A DNA stretch of 64,000 nucleotides from positions 36,235 through 100,234 of the forward strand of contig JAQVNZ010000001.1 of assembly GCA_028702895.1 (NCBI GenBank), written 5' to 3'. A program made the translations under genes and the position numbers. The notes under the pieces are model-generated. The model was not told the DNA's origin and did no database searches. It saw only the letters and a list, made by a program, of their open reading frames with translations. This DNA is from Candidatus Iainarchaeum sp. GTDB taxonomy: Archaea > Iainarchaeota > Iainarchaeia > Iainarchaeales > JAAZKV01. Below, piece after piece: positions 51,145-59,625 of the stretch (position 1 is its first letter; each line of letters begins with the position of its first letter).

Positions 51145-52392
51145 ATGAAAAAATTTTTTTTAGAAGGTTATGGTTGTTCGCTTAATGTGGGTGAAACCCA
51201 GCAAATTTCAAGTTTTTTAAAAAATAAGGGTTTTGTTCGCGTTAATGATTTTAAAAAAGCAGATTTTATTATAATAAATACTTGTTCTGTTAAAATGGTT
51301 ACTGAACAAAGAATGATTTCTAGAATAAACCTTTTTTTAAATTCAAAAAAAAATAATGCTAAAATAATTGTTACAGGGTGTTTAGCAAAAACAAATAATA
51401 ATTATTTAAAAAAAATTTCAAGCGATTTAATTGTTTTAGATACTAAACTAGAATCTCTTTCAAAAGTATTTAATTTAAAAACAACTAGTTTTTCTCCCAA
51501 AATAATTGGTGAAAAAAGTTATGATCATATTTCAATAATCCCTATTAGTGTTGGTTGTGTTGGTAATTGCGCATATTGTGCTACTAAAATTGCCAGGGGT
51601 AATTTAAAATCATATTCTATTTCTGATATAAATTATTCTTTTAAAAACGCTTTAAAAAATTCTAAAGAAATTTGGATTACTTCTCAAGACTTGGGTTGTT
51701 ATGGTTTTGATACAGGTCATTATTTGCCTGAATTAATTAAAACTCTTTTAAAAAACAAAGGAGAGTATAGAATAAGATTGGGTATGATGAATCCAAGACA
51801 TTTTAAAAAAATTAGGGACGATTTAATTCCTTTGTTTAAAGATGATAGATTATACAAGTTTTTACATTTACCAGTTCAAAGTGGGTCTAATACTATTTTA
51901 AAAAAAATGAATCGAGGTTCTGTGGTAAAAGATTTTGTTGATGCAGTTAAGTTCTCGCGAAAACTTGTTCCTGACATTAGAATTTCAACTGATATTATAG
52001 TGGGATTTCCTGGAGAAACAGAAAAAGATTTTGAAAAATCAATAAATTTAATTAAAAAAACGCGACCTAATATGTTAAATATTTCAAGGTTTGGTAAAAG
52101 AAAAGGGACAGTTGCAGAAAGTCTTCCTAACCAGTTATCAGAGAGTGAAAAAAAAGATAGGAGTAGGCGTTTAGCTAGTATTTCGCAAGAAATTTTTTTA
52201 AAAGATAATTTGAATATGCTTGGGTTTAAGGGTGTTGCATTGGTTTCGCAAAAAGCCAAATCTAATGGTTTTGTGGCTAGGACAAATAATTATTCTTCTG
52301 TTTTAGTTGATAATAAATTTGGATCTTTTGTTAATTTAGAAATAATTAATGTTTTTCCTAATTTTTTTGAGGGAAAAATTTTAAAAAAGTAA
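51145..52392 (+). CDS. MiaB-like tRNA methylthiotransferase, archaeal (MtaB/CDKAL1-like radical SAM)
   Basis: It has an N-terminal UPF0004 domain (GYGCSLNVGETQ...INTCSV), a radical-SAM cluster CVGNCAYCATKIARG and a C-terminal TRAM-like region. Confidence 0.8.
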   Translation: MKKFFLEGYGCSLNVGETQQISSFLKNKGFVRVNDFKKADFIIINTCSVKMVTEQRMISRINLFLNSKKNNAKIIVTGCLAKTNNNYLKKISSDLIVLDTKLESLSKVFNLKTTSFSPKIIGEKSYDHISIIPISVGCVGNCAYCATKIARGNLKSYSISDINYSFKNALKNSKEIWITSQDLGCYGFDTGHYLPELIKTLLKNKGEYRIRLGMMNPRHFKKIRDDLIPLFKDDRLYKFLHLPVQSGSNTILKKMNRGSVVKDFVDAVKFSRKLVPDIRISTDIIVGFPGETEKDFEKSINLIKKTRPNMLNISRFGKRKGTVAESLPNQLSESEKKDRSRRLASISQEIFLKDNLNMLGFKGVALVSQKAKSNGFVARTNNYSSVLVDNKFGSFVNLEIINVFPNFFEGKILKK

Positions 52393-52425
52393 GATTACCT
52401 TTTTTTAAACCTTTTTTTTCAAATA

Positions 52426-53232
52426 ATGTGTATGATTAGATTAATTTTAAAAAAATCTGTTGAAGAATATTTGAGTAATATTAAAGTAATGTTTAGTTAT
52501 GGAATATTATTTATTTTTATTATTTTATTTTTATTTTTTAATCAATTCTTTTTCTCTTCAGGAACAGTTCATTTAATTTATAACGAATCAATTCTTACTG
52601 TGTTTGGGTTATTATTAGGTTTAATTTTTCTTTATTTTTTCTCTTTTTTTGTTTCACTAACAGTTTATTCAATTAAACGAGATGTTCAGAAAGTAAACTT
52701 TGATATTTATTGGAATGTTTTGCTAAAAAATGTTTCTATAAAGATATTTGTTTTTTATTTTTTCTTATCAATATTCACGTATGCTGTTTTATTAATTGGT
52801 GTTTATTTTAATTTTGTTTTTTTTGCTGCTTTGTTTGCTTTAATTGTTTCATCGTTGTTAATGTATGTTCCACAAAGTATTATTCTTGATGAAGTTGAAT
52901 TAGTAGATTCAATAAAAGAGAGTTTGATTTTTTGGAAAAATAATTTTGTTACTAGTGTTAGTATAATTGTGTTGGGGTCAATAATATTATTTTTTATAAC
53001 TATTTTAGAGTTTGGTTTAGAATTAATTTTATTGCCTGGAACAATAGTTTCTTTTGCGTTAGTATTAATTTTTTTGATTCCATTTATTGAACAAGTAAAA
53101 TCTTATGCTTTTATTTTAAGATTTAATTTAATAAAACAATCTGAAGTTTTGAGTGCTCAATTAAAACCAAAAAAGATTGTTAAAATAGATGCTACGCGTT
53201 TACGTGAAAAATCTAAATATGGTAAAATATAA
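52426..53232 (+). CDS. Hypothetical polytopic membrane protein
   Basis: It has at least 6 hydrophobic segments and a basic tail. No family was recognised. Confidence 0.45.
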   Translation: MCMIRLILKKSVEEYLSNIKVMFSYGILFIFIILFLFFNQFFFSSGTVHLIYNESILTVFGLLLGLIFLYFFSFFVSLTVYSIKRDVQKVNFDIYWNVLLKNVSIKIFVFYFFLSIFTYAVLLIGVYFNFVFFAALFALIVSSLLMYVPQSIILDEVELVDSIKESLIFWKNNFVTSVSIIVLGSIILFFITILEFGLELILLPGTIVSFALVLIFLIPFIEQVKSYAFILRFNLIKQSEVLSAQLKPKKIVKIDATRLREKSKYGKI

Positions 53233-53319
53233 TTTTATAAAAATCTAAAGCTTAATAAAAATAAAGTAATATTTTAAAAATTTTTTTATTTAATTAGTTT
53301 ATTTAATTATTTTATTTAA

Positions 53320-54870
53320 TTATTTTATTTTTGGTTTAAAATATATTTGTTTTACTTTTTTATCTATTAATTCGTTTAATTCTTCTATGCTTGATGCCGT
53401 TCCTGTGAAACAACATTTTTTAGAATTTAAACATTCTTCAAAACACATTGCTTCATGAGAGTAAATTTCGCGGCCCATTGTTTTTTCAAATTTTGTTTTT
53501 GCTTCATTACTTCCTAGTCCAAATAATAAAAAGTTATCATTCTCTTTTGTGAATTGTTTGTGTATTTTATTAGCAAATTCTTTGTTTTTTCTTTCTAGGA
53601 ATCTTTCACTAAGAGCAAATAAATTAGTTATGCCTATTCCTGTTTTTAGATCTTCTTTTAAAAATTCGTTTAAATATTTTTTTGATTCGATTTCTTTTAA
53701 TTTTATTTCTTTTAATTTTTTTATATCTTCTAATATTTCGCTTATTTTTTGAAATAGCTCATCTTCGTCTTTTGAATTTATTTTTTCAAGATTAATATTT
53801 ACAAATAAATCTATTCCTGGTGTACTTGAAAATAAGTTTTTATTTAATGCGAAATATTCGTCATCAAAATTATTTAATATTAAAAAATTTTGTTGTTTAT
53901 TTTCAATTAAATCTAAACAATATTTTGAGTTTATTTGTATGACACTATTTTTTTGATTTAATAATTGATTTGATAATTCAGCAGCTTTTAATTTATGTTC
54001 TGAATATTCACTTAATTTTGATGGGGTGTATAATTCAAGCGAATTCACAAATCCTGTTTTTGGAATTTCTAAAAGTTCGTTTATTAATTTGGCTGATTTT
54101 ATAATTTGATTGTTATTTTTTAAAAATGGTGCGGTTACAAATGTTAATCCAAATAAATTAGGAGTATTATAAAAATATTTTTCAGAATGAATCATTTTTT
54201 TGATATTTTGTATTATTGTTTTTTGAGAAGTTTCTTTTTTCTCGCATAATATAGCATATGAGAATATTCTTGTTGAAAACCCGGGAATATCTTCTATAAA
54301 AATTTCGCCAGAAAAATGTTTTTCTCTAATTTTTTTTGGTATTGTTTTTAAAAGATTATATTCTCTAGTTTGTTCGTTTGCATATGGCTCTAATTCCATT
54401 TTATTTTTTACATCATAAACCGGTTCTCCTACTCGCGTATAATCTTCTCTTATTTTTTCAAAACCATAGCTAATTAGTTTGGCATTAACAAGTTCTCTTA
54501 TGAGTGCTGTTGTGAGATAATCTATTTTTGAATCTTTTATTTGGTTTTCGACTTCAATAGTAATTTTTTCAGCAACGGTTCTTGAAATAATAGTTTCTTT
54601 TAATAAAGATTTTAGTATATTTCCTCTATCAAAATTTTCAATATTTTCTTGTGTAGTATAGACTTTCATTCGGCTGAATGTTTCATATATTTGCCCTGCT
54701 TGTGGGTCTAATTCTTTTAATTTTTCTAAAGCAATTTTTCGTAATTTATTTTCATTTTTGGTTGGTGCTTGCATTAAGTCTTTTATGATTTTTGTTATAG
54801 TCCATTGTGAAGCGTTTGCTTCTTGCATTTCTTTTGCGATAATTTGTATTTTTTCTTCTATTAAATCCAT
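53320..54870 (-). CDS. ATP-cone protein resembling the N-terminal half of class III (anaerobic) ribonucleotide reductase NrdD; probably non-canonical
   Basis: An ATP-cone-like segment (MKVYTTQENIENFDRGNILKSLLKE...AEKITIEVENQI) is followed by LTTALIRELVNAKL..YGF and IREKHFSGEIFIEDIPG (cf. NrdD ..aH..G.ihiHDl). I see no glycyl-radical motif at the C-terminus. The protein is 516 aa. Confidence 0.4.
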   Translation of the reverse strand: MDLIEEKIQIIAKEMQEANASQWTITKIIKDLMQAPTKNENKLRKIALEKLKELDPQAGQIYETFSRMKVYTTQENIENFDRGNILKSLLKETIISRTVAEKITIEVENQIKDSKIDYLTTALIRELVNAKLISYGFEKIREDYTRVGEPVYDVKNKMELEPYANEQTREYNLLKTIPKKIREKHFSGEIFIEDIPGFSTRIFSYAILCEKKETSQKTIIQNIKKMIHSEKYFYNTPNLFGLTFVTAPFLKNNNQIIKSAKLINELLEIPKTGFVNSLELYTPSKLSEYSEHKLKAAELSNQLLNQKNSVIQINSKYCLDLIENKQQNFLILNNFDDEYFALNKNLFSSTPGIDLFVNINLEKINSKDEDELFQKISEILEDIKKLKEIKLKEIESKKYLNEFLKEDLKTGIGITNLFALSERFLERKNKEFANKIHKQFTKENDNFLLFGLGSNEAKTKFEKTMGREIYSHEAMCFEECLNSKKCCFTGTASSIEELNELIDKKVKQIYFKPKIK

Positions 54871-55006
54871 TTATGTTATTCTGTTAGCAAACCATTAAAT
54901 CCTAAACTTTATTACAGCCTTATTCGAAAAACTAATTTTATAAATGTTTTTGGTTTAATATGTTAAGTAGTTGTTTTGGTTTTTTAACTATTTTGGGGTG
55001 TTTGGT

Positions 55007-55480
55007 TTGAGTATTGTTTTAGATAAAATTGATTATATTATTTTAGATGCTTTATTGCAAGATGGTAGAGCTAGTTTTTCTGCAATTGCTAGGGAAACAA
55101 AATTAACTGATGTTGCGATTAAAAAAAGAGTTGAATCTTTAAAAAGAAGAAATATTATTTCCGGGGTTAGTGTTGATTTAAATTATAAATCTCTTGGTTA
55201 TGAGAATCCTATTTTTGTTCAAATTAGAAGCGAATTATCTAAGAATAAAGATATTATAAAAAAATTGGGTAACATGGATTTTGTTATTGAATTATATCAA
55301 ATTCTTGGAGAGTATAATTTAATTGCTAAATTAATAGTGCCTAGTTTGGAGACTGCTGAAAAATTTATTTCTCAACTTGGTTTAATTGATGGAATTATCG
55401 ATCTTAAAACAATGGTCGTTTTAAGTGAGAGTAAAAAAACAACTACGCTTCCAAGTAAAACACTTCAAAATAAAATTTAA
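55007..55480 (+). CDS. lrp: Lrp/AsnC-family transcriptional regulator
   Basis: LDKIDYIILDALLQDGRASFSAIARETKLTDVAIKKRVESLKRRNII is the HTH_AsnC pattern, followed by a RAM-type C-domain. I chose the TTG at 55007, preceded by GGGGTG. The track begins at TTG 54971. Confidence 0.8.
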   Translation: MSIVLDKIDYIILDALLQDGRASFSAIARETKLTDVAIKKRVESLKRRNIISGVSVDLNYKSLGYENPIFVQIRSELSKNKDIIKKLGNMDFVIELYQILGEYNLIAKLIVPSLETAEKFISQLGLIDGIIDLKTMVVLSESKKTTTLPSKTLQNKI

Positions 55481-55617
55481 TGCTTTTAATATTTTTGTTT
55501 TTTAATTTTTTAATTTTTGATTTTGCCTTTTGCGTCTTGGTTTTTAATTTTTTTGTTATTTTATTTTTTTATGATTGGTTACAATCATTTTTAATCCTTT
55601 TTTTCTTAATCATTTAG

Positions 55618-57786
55618 ATGCAATTAATAATTTCAGAAAAGGCCATTGCTGGAGAAAGAATTGCCTCTCTGCTTGCGGATGGTAAAGTTTTACAAAAAAC
55701 TGTTTTGAATGCAAGAGTTTTTGATTTTGATTGGAATGGTGTTCAAACAAGAGTAATTCCTTTAAGAGGTCATATTTGTGATGTGGAATTTCCAAAAGAA
55801 TATTCTAGTTGGTCAGCTGTACCACTTGAAAAATTAATTTTAGCACCAGTAATTTATTCTAGAAAAGAATTTAGAATAATTGATTGTATTATTGATTCTG
55901 CGTTGAATGCAGATAGTTTAATTATTGCAACAGATGCTGATAGGGAAGGAGAAGCTATTGGGTTAGAAGCAATTGATTATGCTTTAAAATCAAATAAAGA
56001 AATAAAAATAAAAAGAGCTTATTTTTCAGCTATTACCAAAGAAGATATTCAAAAATCTTTTTCTAATTTAGAAAAATTTGATTATAATTTTGCTTATTCT
56101 GCAAATGCTAGACGAGAAATTGATTTAATTTGGGGGGCTGTTTTAACTAGATTTATTTCGCTTGCTTCGGGTTTACTTGGAAAAAATTTTTTAAGTGTGG
56201 GTAGAGTTCAAACGCCTACTCTTGCATTAATTGTTGATAGGGAAAAAGAAAGAAAACTATTTGTTTCAAAAAAATATTGGGAAATTAGTGCTGATTGTGA
56301 AAAAGATGGAATGTTTGTTGCAACTCATAAAATAGATAAATTTTGGGAAAAAGAAAATGCTGATAAAATTATTTCAAAAAATATTAAAGAATTAACTGTT
56401 GTGAAAATTGATGAGAAAGAAAAAATTCTTAAAAAACCGGTTCCGTTTAATACTACTGAATTATTGCGTTCAGCTACAAATATCGGGTTTTCTGCTGGGA
56501 GAGCAATGGATATTGCAGAATCATTGTATCAAAAAGGATTTACTTCTTATCCTAGAACAGATAATAAAACTTATCCTGCTTCATTAGATCTTAAAGAAAT
56601 TGTAAACAAACTTGCGTCTGTTCCTGAATTTGTAGATTCTGTTAACAAAGTTTTATCGCAAAAAAAAATTGTGCCTAGTGCAGATAAAGAAACAAAAGAT
56701 CATCCGCCTATTCATCCTGTTTTGGGTGTTAAAAAAGATGTTTTATCTAAAGAAGAATGGAAAATTTATGAATTAATTTGTAGACGATTTCTTGCAACAT
56801 TGTATAAAAATGCGATTACTGCAAATGTTTCTGTTTTAATGACTGGCAAAGAAGAAGAATTTGTTGCGCGTGGACAAACAATTGTTGATGCGGGTTGGAA
56901 ATCAATTTATTTTTATAGTAAATTAAGTGAAGTCATATTACCAAAATTAAGTGTCGGGGATGTTATTGGCGTTTTAAAAATTAATTTATTTGAAAAAAGT
57001 ACTTTGCCTCCTGCAAGGTATAGTCAATCATCTTTGTTAAAATTAATGGAAACGCATAATTTGGGGACAAAATCTACTCGACCAAATATTATTCAAAAAC
57101 TTTATTCTAGAAATTATATTATTGGTAGTAAGAGTATTGAAGCTAGTGAGATCGCAATTTCAGTTATTGAATCTTTAGAAAATAATTGTGATATTGTTAC
57201 TAAACCAGAAATGACTGCGCAATTAGAAAATGAAATGGATGAGATTGCGGCTGGTAAAAAGGACATTAAAAGTGTTGTTGAGGACTCTTCAAAAAATCTT
57301 AAAAAAATATTGGATACTTTGCAAAAGCAAAAAAATAATATTCGTCTTGATATAAGAAAAGCTTCTTTTGATTCGAATATAATTAATCAATGTAAAAAAT
57401 GTGGTATTGGTAACCTGATTATTAGAAAAGGAAAAACTGGGAAACGATTTGTTGGTTGTTCTAATTATCCTAAGTGTGACAATTCTTTTCCGCTCCCTCA
57501 AAACGGAATTATTACTACGACTATTGAACTTTGTGCGGAATGTGGTCGACCAGTTATTAAAATTAAGAATGGTAAGTTTGAATACAAAATGTGTTTGGAT
57601 ATGAATTGTAAAACAAAAGAATCTTGGAAAAAGTTTGATAAAAAAAATGATTCATTAGATAAGAAAAAAAATAATTTCGTTGCAAGTAAAAAAAATACTG
57701 GTAACATTGTAAAAAAAAGTTCTATTAATAATAAAAAATTGATTTATAAAAAAAGTAATTCTAGTAAAAATAAGATTACTAAATAA
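55618..57786 (+). CDS. topA: Type IA DNA topoisomerase (TopA / Topo III-like) with C-terminal Zn ribbons
   Basis: It has TOPRIM (LIISEKAIAGERIA, ATDADREGEAIG), an active-site region (SYPRTDN, Tyr in GFTSYPRTD) and C-terminal CKKCG...CSNYPKC and CAECG...CLDMNC fingers. A K/N-rich tail follows. Confidence 0.9.
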   Translation: MQLIISEKAIAGERIASLLADGKVLQKTVLNARVFDFDWNGVQTRVIPLRGHICDVEFPKEYSSWSAVPLEKLILAPVIYSRKEFRIIDCIIDSALNADSLIIATDADREGEAIGLEAIDYALKSNKEIKIKRAYFSAITKEDIQKSFSNLEKFDYNFAYSANARREIDLIWGAVLTRFISLASGLLGKNFLSVGRVQTPTLALIVDREKERKLFVSKKYWEISADCEKDGMFVATHKIDKFWEKENADKIISKNIKELTVVKIDEKEKILKKPVPFNTTELLRSATNIGFSAGRAMDIAESLYQKGFTSYPRTDNKTYPASLDLKEIVNKLASVPEFVDSVNKVLSQKKIVPSADKETKDHPPIHPVLGVKKDVLSKEEWKIYELICRRFLATLYKNAITANVSVLMTGKEEEFVARGQTIVDAGWKSIYFYSKLSEVILPKLSVGDVIGVLKINLFEKSTLPPARYSQSSLLKLMETHNLGTKSTRPNIIQKLYSRNYIIGSKSIEASEIAISVIESLENNCDIVTKPEMTAQLENEMDEIAAGKKDIKSVVEDSSKNLKKILDTLQKQKNNIRLDIRKASFDSNIINQCKKCGIGNLIIRKGKTGKRFVGCSNYPKCDNSFPLPQNGIITTTIELCAECGRPVIKIKNGKFEYKMCLDMNCKTKESWKKFDKKNDSLDKKKNNFVASKKNTGNIVKKSSINNKKLIYKKSNSSKNKITK

Positions 57787-58135
57787 GTATTTTAATAATT
57801 AAAATTTTTATTTTTCTATTGATTGCGTTTTTTAAAAATAGTTTTTTTATTTTGTTTATTTTTTAATAATTTTATTTTTTTGAATAAAAATTGTGAGCTA
57901 AAAATTAGTTAGCCTGGTGAGCCCGCCCACAACATCTATTCATTTTCTCAAAAATCTTTTTTTCTTCAACCCTCCTAATTATCCCCTCCTAAATTCTCTA
58001 TTGTTATTGTAGTTCGTTTTCATTAATAAGGATTAATGTTGTTTAGATGTAACAAAAGTAACATTTAAAATGGTTTTGACATTACTTTTGTTCAGTATTG
58101 GCAGTGTTTGGCAATATTTTGTGTTTGGTGGTTTA

Positions 58136-58675
58136 ATGGCTCAAAAAATGAAAGTTGATGATGAAATTAGATTAAATATTATTGCATCCTTATTAGAAAA
58201 AGGTGCTACTCAACCTAATTTAAGAAGAATTAAGATTAAAACAAAATATCATTTAGCTACTATTAAAAGTTCAATTGATTTTTTACAAAAAGAGAAAATA
58301 ATTGTGGGTTATGGGCCAAAAATTGCTTTTTGGAAATTAGATTATAAATTAGAAGCGATTGAATTATTGCAATTAGATTTTTCAAAACCAGGTTTGGTTG
58401 AAGAATATTTAAAAATAGTTGAAAGTGATCCACATGTTTGGCATTTAAGTTCTATAATGGGTTCTGGTAATTTTAATGTTATGAGTTCTCAATTTTATAA
58501 AGATGTTGAATCCTATCATAAAAATTTACAAGAAAGGTATGTTAAAAAATTATCAAATTATTATGATGTTGTTAAGGATAGGCAAGTTTTTTATTTAACT
58601 GAACCAACTTTTAAAAAAGGTTCAAGAACTGATTCAATAATAAAAATTCTTAGAGAAAAAGCAGCATTGGATTAA
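58136..58675 (+). CDS. Putative winged-helix (Lrp/AsnC-like) DNA-binding protein
   Basis: IRLNIIASLLEKGATQPNLRRIKIKTKYHLATIKSSIDFLQKEKII is wHTH-like, and the C-terminal part is vaguely RAM-like. I chose the ATG at 58136, preceded by GGTGG. The track starts at ATG 58070. Confidence 0.4.
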   Translation: MAQKMKVDDEIRLNIIASLLEKGATQPNLRRIKIKTKYHLATIKSSIDFLQKEKIIVGYGPKIAFWKLDYKLEAIELLQLDFSKPGLVEEYLKIVESDPHVWHLSSIMGSGNFNVMSSQFYKDVESYHKNLQERYVKKLSNYYDVVKDRQVFYLTEPTFKKGSRTDSIIKILREKAALD

Positions 58676-58685
58676 GTGAGTTGAA

Positions 58686-59477
58686 ATGGAATTAGAAATT
58701 AATTTGAATAAATCTCTTGAACAAAATGCTACTGCATATTTTGAAAAATCAAAATTAATGAAAAAAAAGTATCTTGGGATTAACAAGGCGATTGAATTTC
58801 AAAATAAAAAAGAACAAAAAAAAGTTATTTTATCAAATGATATTATTAAACCAAAGAAAAAATGGTTTGAAAAATTTAGATGGTTTTTTTCAAGCGATAA
58901 TTTTTTGGTTATTGGTGGAAAAAATGCTAAGATGAACGAGGAAATAATAAAAAATTATATGAAAAATGAAGATGTTTACTTTCATGCTGAAGTATTTGGT
59001 GCACCGCATTGTATAATAAAAACAAAAGATGAAAAAACAAATAGAATTAGGGTTGTTCCAAATTCAACAATGATTGAAGCGGCACAATTTGCAATAACGT
59101 TTTCAAAAGCATTTGAATCTGGTCAATCTACTGCTGATGCGTATTCTGTAAAACCAGAACAAGTTTCTAAAAGAGCTCCGACTGGAACTAGTATGGGTAC
59201 GGGAGCATTTATGATTTATGGTGAAAGAAATTGGTTTAAAAAAACTCCAATTAATGTTGCAATTGGGTTTTATCAAAAAGAAAAAAAATTAATGGCCGGG
59301 CCGGTTACTGCGATTAAAAAAAATTGTATTCATGTAATAAAATTAAATCAAGGGACTATTGAAAAAAATGTTGTTGCTAAAACAATTTTTGAAAAATATT
59401 CTAAAAAAGATTTAAATGTTTCAAATGACGAAATTCTTTCATTATTACCTAATGGTAAATTTGGGATAATTGAATAA
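58686..59477 (+). CDS. NFACT-R (DUF814) domain protein; corresponds to the C-terminal part of Rqc2/RqcH/FbpA-family proteins only
   Basis: FRWFFSSDNFLVIGGKNAKMNEEIIKNYMKNEDVYFHAEVFGAPHCIIK...EAAQFAITFSKA....ADAYSV.PEQVSK matches the DUF814/NFACT-R pattern as I recall it. The protein is only 263 aa and has no NFACT-N. Confidence 0.7.
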   Translation: MELEINLNKSLEQNATAYFEKSKLMKKKYLGINKAIEFQNKKEQKKVILSNDIIKPKKKWFEKFRWFFSSDNFLVIGGKNAKMNEEIIKNYMKNEDVYFHAEVFGAPHCIIKTKDEKTNRIRVVPNSTMIEAAQFAITFSKAFESGQSTADAYSVKPEQVSKRAPTGTSMGTGAFMIYGERNWFKKTPINVAIGFYQKEKKLMAGPVTAIKKNCIHVIKLNQGTIEKNVVAKTIFEKYSKKDLNVSNDEILSLLPNGKFGIIE

Positions 59478-59625
59478 TAATTTAACATTTTTTGATATTT
59501 GTAAATTTGTTTTTTTAACTTTTAGTTTTTCCTAATTTTTTTAAACACTAGTTGTATTTTCATAATTTAATTGATTACATTTTTAATCCTTTTTAAGTGT
59601 TTTTTAATTAAAAGTGTTTGATATT

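Noticed and set aside
57900-57940. The GC-rich patch AGCCTGGTGAGCCCGCCCACAAC, considered as a fragment of a tRNA, SRP RNA or rRNA.
   Set aside because: I could not build an acceptor/T-arm or any convincing conserved helix from it. I kept it only as part of a low-confidence leader/ncRNA observation.
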